In this document: piece after piece, positions 17,052-23,936 of the stretch
Layout of the letters: each line of letters starts with the position of its first letter
Position numbering within the stretch: position 1 is the stretch's first letter
Source of the DNA: Pyrobaculum calidifontis JCM 11548
Lineage (GTDB): Archaea; Thermoproteota; Thermoprotei; Thermoproteales; Thermoproteaceae
DNA: 32,000 nucleotides
Reading direction: 5' to 3'
Assembly: GCF_000015805.1 (NCBI RefSeq)
Contig: NC_009073.1
Span: forward strand, 1,410,001 to 1,442,000
Program-made: the position numbers and the translations under genes
The notes under the pieces: generated by a model
Told to the model about the DNA's origin: nothing
Seen by the model: the letters and a program-made list of their open reading frames with translations, nothing else
Database searches by the model: none

Positions 17052-17269
17052 GGTATACCAAGGAGGTGTCTCAGCTCGTGTATTGCGTTGTATATAGGCG
17101 CTGGCACTATCTTCTGAAGAATTCCCCCGAGCGCCGCGTCAATCACGGCGGGGTAGAGGAGCACGGCCAGAGTAACCCCCGCCGCCGCAAGGGCGAGCGC
17201 CGTCTTTAGAGGAAAACGGCTTGTCTTCTGCGCCAGTTTAAGGCCTAGTTTTTTGGTTTTAATTTTCAT
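17042..17269 (-). CDS. cbtB: putative cobalt transporter subunit CbtB-like small membrane protein (75 aa)
   Basis: I trim the start to ATG 17269, which has a TATA box 22.5 nt upstream. One TM helix and a C-terminal His/Cys motif IHELRHLLGIPCH, resembling the CbtB C-terminus (H-x-x-RH-x-x-G-x-PCH). The rest of track ORF 17042..17716 is antisense to cbiE. Confidence 0.6.
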   Translation of the reverse strand: MKIKTKKLGLKLAQKTSRFPLKTALALAAAGVTLAVLLYPAVIDAALGGILQKIVPAPIYNAIHELRHLLGIPCH

Positions 17270-17287
17270 AGTTGGGATATTTCTCCT

Positions 17288-17314
17288 ATATTTAAGCTTT
17301 TTCAGATTTAAATA
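17288..17314. promoter_or_regulatory. compact divergent promoter pair (TTAAATAT for cbtB; TTTAAATA for cbiE)
   Basis: The 66-nt intergenic region is AT-rich. The minus-strand box 17288-17295 lies 22.5 nt from ATG 17269. The plus-strand box 17307-17314 lies 25.5 nt from ATG 17336. Confidence 0.5.
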
Positions 17315-17335
17315 CCTGAAAAATTCTCTACCCCC

Positions 17336-17971
17336 ATGCTGTACATAGTGGGCGTGGGGCCTGGAGACCCCTCTCTGGCCACGTTGAAAGCCGTAGATAC
17401 AATCCGCGGGTGCAGAGTGGTGTTGGGCTGGCGTAGCGTGGTGGAGAGGTTTAAACACCTGCTTGATGGAAAGGAGGTGGTTTATTTGACCTATGGGAAT
17501 CAAGAGGCTGAGTTGAGGAGGGCGGCCGAGAGGGCCGCGGGCGATGAGGTCTGCCTCTTGGTGCATGGCGATCCCCTGGTCTCCGACTGGGAGCTTCTTG
17601 AGAGGGTAAGGGCGCTTGGCGTAGATTTCGAAGTGGTGAACGGCGTCTCCTCTGTAAACGTGGCGCTTGGAAGAGTGGGGCTGGACTTGGCTCAGGTGGT
17701 GTTTCTCACCATGCACGCCTCAAGGCCGCAGGACGTAGCCGAAGTGGCTTGTGTTGCAAGGAGCAGGGCGCTTGTAATTTTCCCTCCCCCTGGCGGAATT
17801 AGGCGGCTGGCAGAGGCGTTGATCTCGCTGGGCATGGGCAAGTGCCGCGCCGTGGTGCTGGAAAACCTTACTCTGCCGGGGGAGTGGGAGTGGAGGGGGT
17901 CTGTAGAAGAGATGGCAGAGCTCGACGCAGGGGACCTCGCGGCCGTCGTGGTGGACTGCCGTGTCTCTTGA
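17336..17971 (+). CDS. cbiE: cobalt-precorrin-7 C5-methyltransferase
   Basis: Tetrapyrrole methylase (MLYIVGVGPGDPSLATLKAV…HGDPLV…NGVSSV) of CbiE size, and divergent from the cbi operon. Confidence 0.85.
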   Translation: MLYIVGVGPGDPSLATLKAVDTIRGCRVVLGWRSVVERFKHLLDGKEVVYLTYGNQEAELRRAAERAAGDEVCLLVHGDPLVSDWELLERVRALGVDFEVVNGVSSVNVALGRVGLDLAQVVFLTMHASRPQDVAEVACVARSRALVIFPPPGGIRRLAEALISLGMGKCRAVVLENLTLPGEWEWRGSVEEMAELDAGDLAAVVVDCRVS

Positions 17972-18902
17972 CCTGCTGTGGAGGGGGGTTGCCGTAGTGT
18001 ACGCCTCAGAGGCTGGGCGGCATCCCGCCGAGAGAGTGGCCGAGTCGCTGAGGGGGGCGGGCGTGGCAGCATATATCTTCAGGTACGGCCAGTTGGAGGA
18101 CGTCTGGGGATGCTACGACGCGTATGTGTTCGTCATGGCGCTGGGGGGCGTGGTGAGGTGGCTCTGCGGCAGACTGGTGGACAAGGCGGCGGACCCCCCA
18201 GTCGTGGTGGTGTCCCACGACTTAGGCCACGTGGTGCCGGTGGTGGGCATGCACAGGGGGGCCAACGGCTTGGCCATAGAGCTGGCGAAGCTTCTTGGCG
18301 CAACTCCAGTCTTGACAACGGCCGCTGAGGCGGCGGGATTTGCGCCCGTCGAAGACCTCGAGAGGGCGCTACTGTGCGGCTTAGATCCGCGAGACGCCTT
18401 AGAGGTCTACCGGGCGCTTGCGTTGGGCAAGACGGTGTGCGTCGACGCCCCTCTTCCACGCCCCCTCCCTGGCTATAGGCAGGGCAACGACTGCGACGTG
18501 GTGGTGTGGGTGGGTTGCGATGGGGAGATGTGTTGTAGGCCGTGGAAGATTTACGCAGGCTTCGGCGCCACTTCTACGGCTACCGTAGAGGACGTAGTAG
18601 AGGCTATTCTACAAGCTATGAAGGCGGTGGGGGCAACGACTCTGGAGGCCGTTGCGTCGATAAAGCCTCTCGTCTATCAAGTGGCCGAGAGGCTGGGAAC
18701 GAGGCCCATCTTGCTTAACCCGGGGCAACTGGCGAGGGATCGGTGCCTCTCGCCGCCTCTTGAAATCGCCAAGGCTACAGTGGGCGCGGGAAACGTGGCT
18801 GAAGCATCTGCGCTAGCCGCGGCGGGCCCCCGCGGCTTTTTGCTCTACAGAAAGAGATCCTACAAGCGTCGGGTAACTGTGGCGATAGCCGCATCAACCT
18901 AA
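17961..18902 (+). CDS. cbiG: cobalt-precorrin-5A hydrolase
   Basis: GTG start overlapping the cbiE stop. Three-part CbiG architecture, with a C-terminal CobE-like segment (FGATSTATVEDVVEAILQAM…VASIKPL…). Confidence 0.8.
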   Translation: MSLDLLWRGVAVVYASEAGRHPAERVAESLRGAGVAAYIFRYGQLEDVWGCYDAYVFVMALGGVVRWLCGRLVDKAADPPVVVVSHDLGHVVPVVGMHRGANGLAIELAKLLGATPVLTTAAEAAGFAPVEDLERALLCGLDPRDALEVYRALALGKTVCVDAPLPRPLPGYRQGNDCDVVVWVGCDGEMCCRPWKIYAGFGATSTATVEDVVEAILQAMKAVGATTLEAVASIKPLVYQVAERLGTRPILLNPGQLARDRCLSPPLEIAKATVGAGNVAEASALAAAGPRGFLLYRKRSYKRRVTVAIAAST

Positions 18903-18940
18903 AGCCACGCTACTTTAACGCCACAGAACAAAAGCTAAAG

Positions 18941-18952
18941 CGGCGGTTTTTC
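18941..18952 (+). terminator. oligo-T tract (CGGCGGTTTTTC) about 40 nt after the cbiG stop
   Basis: A T5 run preceded by a GC-rich stretch. Archaeal termination commonly uses oligo-T. Inferred only. Confidence 0.3.
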
Positions 18953-19531
18953 AAGGATCTTGGCGCGCGGAATCTTGGGCCTTATAGTACGGAATCACGG
19001 TGTCAGGAGCGATTGCCGGGCGCAGTACTGACGCTACGATTGACGACCATGTCTTGCGGCTCAAGAGGCGTGTCGCTAAGTCGGCTGGCAGGCGCGTGAC
19101 GCCTTCTCCTTAGCAGTCCCCATTCCCCGACCTCCTTCGACTGAAGTTTGAATCTCCATAAACATCTTATACATTTCACTTTATAAACATGTTTCAACTT
19201 TCTCCAGTCATATATAGAAAATTATAATTTTTTGAATATTTTACACCATCGTCCCCTTACACATATTAGCAACGGCGCATCCTACCACCGTTGCCAGATA
19301 TTGAAAAGAGGCGTAACAACACATCGCGTCAGCTATAGGCCCGCCTAATTTAACGACACAATGCATGTACCTTCCCGTCTCTCCGCCAACTGTGTCACAG
19401 AAGTTATGCGACCACTTCGACTGAGGGAGGCACGCCGAGACTTGACTCAGCACACAGCCGCCGCCAAGGACGACTGCCAACTCGTGACTAGACGGCAGAG
19501 AAAAGTTTATCTAAAAACACAAATAATGTAC

Positions 19532-19666
19532 ATGGAGAGGTGGAGGGGAGAGGTCAGTGTGCCAGGTCACGGACAGGAACCCCTTAGCTCCCTTTCACCA
19601 TCCCCTCCCCCCGATGAGTTTTCTCAAAAAATCCTGGGGATTTTGGCCAATTCCTCTGAGTGTTAA
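19532..19666 (+). CDS. possible leaderless small ORF (44 aa, MERWRGEVSVPGHGQEPLSS…)
   Basis: A TTTATCTA box (19506-19513) is centred 22.5 nt upstream of ATG 19532, the same spacing as bona fide units here. No family recognised; Ser/Pro-rich. Confidence 0.2.
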   Translation: MERWRGEVSVPGHGQEPLSSLSPSPPPDEFSQKILGILANSSEC

Positions 19667-19680
19667 AGCACAGGTGCATA

Positions 19681-20108
19681 TCACTGTGTAGGAGACGATA
19701 GTTTAAGGCAAGATAATAACCTAAATGCCGACTGTCTAACGGTGTCCTCGTTGCAGAAGCGCCACAAGCCCCTCTTGGCGTCTAGTATTATTATGCACAG
19801 CTTCCCCACGACGTAGTCACTTAGCAATACCTCGTCGATGTAGAGGTTCACCGCCACGTTGACCACTAATCGCCTACCCTCTAGCTCTAGCTCTCCCCAG
19901 TCTCTATATACGCCATCTCAACCTCTCCGCCGCCTGTATCGGCTGAGACAAGCCAAGCTCTTGTAGGGGGCCACAAACCGAGGGCCTTTGCAACGGCTGT
20001 GGGTACCGCCACGTCGGGCGCTGGGGATTCAAAGCCCGTGTTAACGAGGGCCGACGTGGACACCTCTCTATTTCCCGCCCTCAGCCTTATCTTCACTCTG
20101 ACGGCCAC
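19681..20108 (-). pseudogene. frameshifted retropepsin-like (clan AA, DTGF-type) aspartic protease with Asp->Asn at the catalytic motif
   Basis: Track ORFs 19887..20108 and 19681..19866 form one protease-like sequence if the frame is shifted by one nt within 19890-19917, next to a GGGG run and a GAGCTA GAGCTA repeat. The motif reads ALVNTGFE instead of DTGF. The C-terminal half (VNLYIDEVLLSDYVVGKLCIIILDAKRGLW) fits the family. Confidence 0.55.
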
Positions 20109-20220
20109 ATATCTCCCCCACGACCCTTTTTATCCTCATGTAGCCTATCTTTATACGGGGCCTCCTCGCCTCTCTATACGCCTCGAACATGGCCTTCAGC
20201 TCGGGAGGTAGCTCTTCCAC
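20068..20220 (-). CDS. possible small ORF (50 aa from GTG 20220, or 40 aa from ATG 20190)
   Basis: VEELPPELKAMFEAYREARRPRIKIGYMRIKRVVGEI…. It lies just downstream of a TTTTTATA box (20234-20241) and overlaps the protease start out of frame. It is below the track size cutoff, and no family was recognised. Confidence 0.2.
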   Translation of the reverse strand: MEELPPELKAMFEAYREARRPRIKIGYMRIKRVVGEICGRQSEDKAEGGK

Positions 20221-20241
20221 AACCTTATCGCGGTATAAAAA

Positions 20242-21255
20242 TTATTGCCTCTCGCCCCCATACGCCTTTTTGTAGAGGGATAGATACACCGAGGCCAGCA
20301 ACGCCGACATTATGTCGTCTGCAAAGGGGGCGAGCTCTCTAAAGGCGCCCCTCTTCTTCACCCGCTCGACCCAGTAAGTGGTCAAGACTGCTTGGAATCC
20401 CCCGAGGTAGTCCGCCAGCGCCACACCGAGGAGCTCGTCTGCGACAAGCCTAGGCGAGTCGCTTTTGAACTCCTCCGCCGAGAGCCCTGGGATGAGGCCC
20501 CTTGTGCCCATGGCGTCCAGCTCAGAGGCGGCCAAGATGAGGGCCCAGACGTTTGGGTCTTTGAGGAATTTGTCAAGCTCTCTCAGCTCTTCCCCCTCCT
20601 TCACTGGCAGAGGAGCCTCCTTAAGCAAGGCGGCGAAGGCTTGCGAGAACTCCCTCCTAGTGGCCCCGAGCGCTCTTTCAAAGAGGTCGTAGGCGTCCAA
20701 AGCGACGACAAGCTCGTAGACGAGCTGCGTAGCCCTTTGCCCCAGCTCGGTGGCGGGGCCGGCGTGATGTATCGACTCTCCTTGCCTCTCCGGCACGGCT
20801 ACTAGAACCGCGTCGGTGACTGTGCCTGGGCTCCTCATGCCGTTGCATCTGGCCAGCCTGTCCACCGCGGCTAGGCACTTGGCCTCCACCGCTGTCCTCA
20901 GGAGGTCTACCATGCCCCACTTGGACAGCGGAGCGTCTGCTATAACGGCCACGTTGATAGTCCCCCCGACGCAACTCGTCGGCGACATGGCCACTGTGGC
21001 CGCCGCGGAGACGGGGCCCTCGGCCCTTACGCCAAAGGACTCGGGTAGCTTTGCCGCCGTTAGAAAGACCGCAGTGTCTTCCCCCAGCGCCTTCCTCACG
21101 CGGGCCGCCTCTGCCTCGTAGGTATCGGAGAAGTCCTTGTCCACCTGCTTAAACGCTATTCTAGCGATCTGGGGCGGCGTGGGGAGAGAGGAAATGGCGC
21201 GGTGCGCCTCGCCGAGTTCCACCACCACTAGTCCCCTCTCTTTACGTATCTCCAT
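20242..21255 (-). CDS. cbiZ: adenosylcobinamide amidohydrolase (CbiZ) fused to a PgpA/CobZ-like C-terminal domain (CbiS-like bifunctional architecture)
   Basis: The N-terminal approximately 200 aa carry CbiZ hallmarks (GGTINVAVI, TAVEAKCLA, SPGTVTDAVLVAV). The C-terminal approximately 130 aa carry a PgpA-like motif (PFADDIMSALLASVYL). The gene overlaps the cobT 3' end by 28 nt. Confidence 0.8.
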   Translation of the reverse strand: MEIRKERGLVVVELGEAHRAISSLPTPPQIARIAFKQVDKDFSDTYEAEAARVRKALGEDTAVFLTAAKLPESFGVRAEGPVSAAATVAMSPTSCVGGTINVAVIADAPLSKWGMVDLLRTAVEAKCLAAVDRLARCNGMRSPGTVTDAVLVAVPERQGESIHHAGPATELGQRATQLVYELVVALDAYDLFERALGATRREFSQAFAALLKEAPLPVKEGEELRELDKFLKDPNVWALILAASELDAMGTRGLIPGLSAEEFKSDSPRLVADELLGVALADYLGGFQAVLTTYWVERVKKRGAFRELAPFADDIMSALLASVYLSLYKKAYGGERQ

Positions 21256-22238
21256 ACGCGCTCGTACTCGGCCTCCACCAGCTTCAACACGTCGCGCCCC
21301 ATGGACTGGGCGTAGAAGAGCGCCCCGCCCATCCCCACCCCCTCCTTAACGGCGCCTCTCTCATAGGCCCTAAGCCCCTCGTACTTCGACTCGCCGAAAG
21401 AGGCGGTGGCCACGTGGACGTTTTTGACCCCTACCTCGGCCATTAGGCCGAGGAAGTCCGCCGACTTGTCTTCCACAATCCACCTAGTGGTAACCACATG
21501 CAACTTGGCGAGGTCGCCGCCCATGGCCTTGTAAATCGCCGCGGCCGCCGCCATCTGAGTACCCCCCGCCAATACCGGGACTCCGCCCGCCTCAGCGACG
21601 CCCAGCGCAATTGCCGCCAAGGCGGGGTGGACCGGGTCGCCCAGCTCGCATACCACCCTGAGCGGGTCGGGGGGCGGCTTGGCCCTCTCGAGGGCATCCA
21701 TTACGACTTGGGCCTTAAGCTCCTTTGGATTATTGGGCGAGGCGGAGCTGGTCCTGCCCCAAGCGTTGTATCCCAGCCCCACTAGTATGGCCATGGCCGT
21801 GGTGGTTCCCCCTGGTATAGACTCTCCGAGGTACACTACGCCGAGGCGGCCCAGCTCCCGCCCGAGCATCCTGCCCCTGCTCGCCAGCTCCTCGGCCGCG
21901 GCGCAACTCATGGCAGGGCCCCTCCTTATGTCCCCGCCTGGCTCGCCGCCTAAGTCCACATACGGCACCCTCGGCCTCACTCTAGCCCCGGCGTTTACCA
22001 CCAGCTTAGGCACGTCGAAGGCCACTGCCCTTGTGACAAGCGCGGGGGTGGGAATGCCGTCGGGCGTCACTGGCACTACGTCGAGGGTGATAGGCCTCCC
22101 GGTGAGGAGATATTCCACGTCCAAGGCGGGGGTATAGTGGGTAAGCTCAGGAGTAGCCCCCGCAACAGTTATGCCGGGGATTAGAGAGACGTCTGTAGTC
22201 CCAATCACCACGGCGAATATGGCTGGCTTTAAGTTCAT
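21228..22238 (-). CDS. cobT: archaeal-type nicotinate-nucleotide--dimethylbenzimidazole phosphoribosyltransferase (UPF0284/CobT-like)
   Basis: N-terminus FAVVIGTTDVSLIPGITVAGATPELTHYTPALDVEYL is typical of the archaeal CobT-like family. 336 aa, with its own TATA box. Confidence 0.85.
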   Translation of the reverse strand: MNLKPAIFAVVIGTTDVSLIPGITVAGATPELTHYTPALDVEYLLTGRPITLDVVPVTPDGIPTPALVTRAVAFDVPKLVVNAGARVRPRVPYVDLGGEPGGDIRRGPAMSCAAAEELASRGRMLGRELGRLGVVYLGESIPGGTTTAMAILVGLGYNAWGRTSSASPNNPKELKAQVVMDALERAKPPPDPLRVVCELGDPVHPALAAIALGVAEAGGVPVLAGGTQMAAAAAIYKAMGGDLAKLHVVTTRWIVEDKSADFLGLMAEVGVKNVHVATASFGESKYEGLRAYERGAVKEGVGMGGALFYAQSMGRDVLKLVEAEYERVWRYVKRGD

Positions 22239-22256
22239 AAGAGGGAGAGAAATCCA

Positions 22257-22264
22257 TTATATAA
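22257..22264 (-). promoter_or_regulatory. TATA box (TTATATAA) for cobT-cbiZ
   Basis: Centred 22.5 nt upstream of ATG 22238, in the 40-nt gap after cobS. Confidence 0.45.
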
Positions 22265-22278
22265 GTAAACTCATACGG

Positions 22279-22932
22279 CTACATGTGCCACGTAACTATA
22301 TACGCCACACGTGAGACCTCTAGAAGGTAGCCGAAGACGTCTCCGTTTGCCCCACCGAGGTGTTGATATGCAACAGCATACAACGCCAAGGCAACGGCAA
22401 GGGCGGCAAGCGTAGCGGCTGGCCTTAAGCATATTATCACGGCTAGGGCTGGGAGCGCCAGCGGCCAGGTGGACCTCGCGCCGTCTATAAACAGCGCCCC
22501 TAAGCCGGGCTTGAATGGCTTGCTAAACGCCGCTACGGTCACTATCAGTGCCTTTGAGAAGACCTCTGCCAAGAGGAGCTGAAGAGGGGACGCGGTAGAG
22601 GCTGTGGCGACTGCGTATGTGGCCACCACTGCGAATATGCCGCCAGTGCCCCTCCTGGGGTCTTCCAACACGGCGCGTGCCCTCTCCCTGTCTCTGACCA
22701 TCAATGCGTCGGCCACGTCGGCGAGGCCGTCGAGGTGGTTGAGCCCGGTCATCAAGAGGAGTAAGAGATAGGCCACGTGGGGACTTGCGCCGAGCCACAG
22801 GGCGGCGGCCGCTGGCCCCGCCACTAAGGGGGGTACCACGTAGGGGAGCGCCCAGGCGCATTTGAAGTCCAGCTTGGCTACTCCCGCCGGTATTATTGTG
22901 AAGAAGGAGAGGAGCGCCCTTAGGCACTGCAT
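22279..22932 (-). CDS. cobS: adenosylcobinamide-GDP ribazoletransferase (cobalamin synthase)
   Basis: I trim the start to ATG 22932 (MQCLRALLSFFTIIPAG…), which overlaps the cobD stop by 13 nt. CobS motifs are present (LMTGLNHLDGLADVADAL; GGANGDVFGYLLE). The Arg-rich 96-aa extension in the track ORF lies inside cobD. Confidence 0.85.
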   Translation of the reverse strand: MQCLRALLSFFTIIPAGVAKLDFKCAWALPYVVPPLVAGPAAAALWLGASPHVAYLLLLLMTGLNHLDGLADVADALMVRDRERARAVLEDPRRGTGGIFAVVATYAVATASTASPLQLLLAEVFSKALIVTVAAFSKPFKPGLGALFIDGARSTWPLALPALAVIICLRPAATLAALAVALALYAVAYQHLGGANGDVFGYLLEVSRVAYIVTWHM

Positions 22933-23840
22933 ATGGCCTTTATCAACACGTCGTTTAGCTCCGGAGTTTTGATAGATACGCGGTAGGCGTCTGCAAGGCC
23001 GTGGGTCCACAGCGGCCTCACCTTGACCCCCTTGGGCTCTCTGCCCTTCACCACGAAGAAGTGGACGTCGGTGGGGAGCGGGCTCGCGCACTTGGCGACC
23101 TTCTGCCACACCCGCGGGAGCTCTTCGGCTATGTAGGCGAGGGTCCTCTCTCTGTGCTTCTTTATGCCAGATGCGCCTAGGTGGTAGATGGCGTAGTCTG
23201 CTATGGAGTTGAGACGCCAAGGCGCTTTGAGGCCCGGCGGGGGGTCGCCCAAGTATGCCCCGACGCGGAGGCCCGGCGCCGCGAGGAGTTTGCCGTAGGA
23301 TTTCACCACGGGCACGTCTGGGGCGGCGGACTCGCCCCTTGTGAAGTCTATGAAGGACTCGTCCACGAGAAGCGCCGCCCCTCTCGCCTTGAGGCGGCGC
23401 GCCAAGTCGAGCACCTCGTCTCTCCTCACGTACCTCCCCAGCGGATTGTTGGGGTTTGACATCACCACTAGGTCCCCCGAGGCGGCTTGTAGGGGGTCCT
23501 CCACTAGGACGTAGCCGACGCCGAGCAGCTGAGCCACTCTCACATAGTCGGCGTAGTTGGGCCAGGGGATTACAATGCGCCGCGGCTTAAGCGCCGCGAT
23601 AGCCGCAAGCAGGGCCTCAGTCGCCCCGTTGAACACAGTCACCTCAACCCCCTCGTACTCCCTCAACACCTCCTCCGCCAAATTGGCCGGGAAGCGGAGG
23701 TAGACGCCCCTCTCCACGGCCTCTCTCACGTAATAAATCAAGCCCTCGGGAGGGCCTATGGGGTTTGAGTTGTCCGAGAAATCTGGCATGACGCCCTCCT
23801 CCGCCCAACTGGTGCCCCCGTGATAGAAGACTACAGCCAT
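22920..23840 (-). CDS. cobD: L-threonine-O-3-phosphate decarboxylase (class I/II aminotransferase fold)
   Basis: HGG near the N-terminus, SNPNNPLG, and a PLP-lysine region (KSYGKLLAAPGLRVGAY). 306 aa with no extra domain. It sits in a B12 nucleotide-loop context. Confidence 0.85.
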   Translation of the reverse strand: MAVVFYHGGTSWAEEGVMPDFSDNSNPIGPPEGLIYYVREAVERGVYLRFPANLAEEVLREYEGVEVTVFNGATEALLAAIAALKPRRIVIPWPNYADYVRVAQLLGVGYVLVEDPLQAASGDLVVMSNPNNPLGRYVRRDEVLDLARRLKARGAALLVDESFIDFTRGESAAPDVPVVKSYGKLLAAPGLRVGAYLGDPPPGLKAPWRLNSIADYAIYHLGASGIKKHRERTLAYIAEELPRVWQKVAKCASPLPTDVHFFVVKGREPKGVKVRPLWTHGLADAYRVSIKTPELNDVLIKAICSA

Positions 23841-23936
23841 TGGACTCTGACGGGGGCTAGCCGAGGCTGTAGCTCCGCTAGAATTGCGGCGTCCACCTCG
23901 CCTAGTGTGTACAACTTCAATTCCATGCCCAGCGCA

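Noticed and set aside
18961-19200. GC-richer patch flanked by TATA-like boxes, considered as RNase P RNA, SRP RNA or a tRNA
   Set aside because: I could not find the conserved CR-I/CR-V, SRP helix-8 or T-loop motifs. Only short (3-5 bp) local stems are present. It is left as part of the orphan-spacer finding.
19133-19427. Direct repeat CTTCGACTGA at about 19136 and about 19416
   Set aside because: A single 10-nt match within a 1.3 kb region is within chance expectation, and no flanking similarity is present.
19608-19660. Possible C/D-box sRNA (CGATGAG … CTGA about 40 nt apart)
   Set aside because: The C box deviates from RUGAUGA. No C'/D' pair is recognisable, and the guide spacing does not fit the archaeal 12-nt rule.
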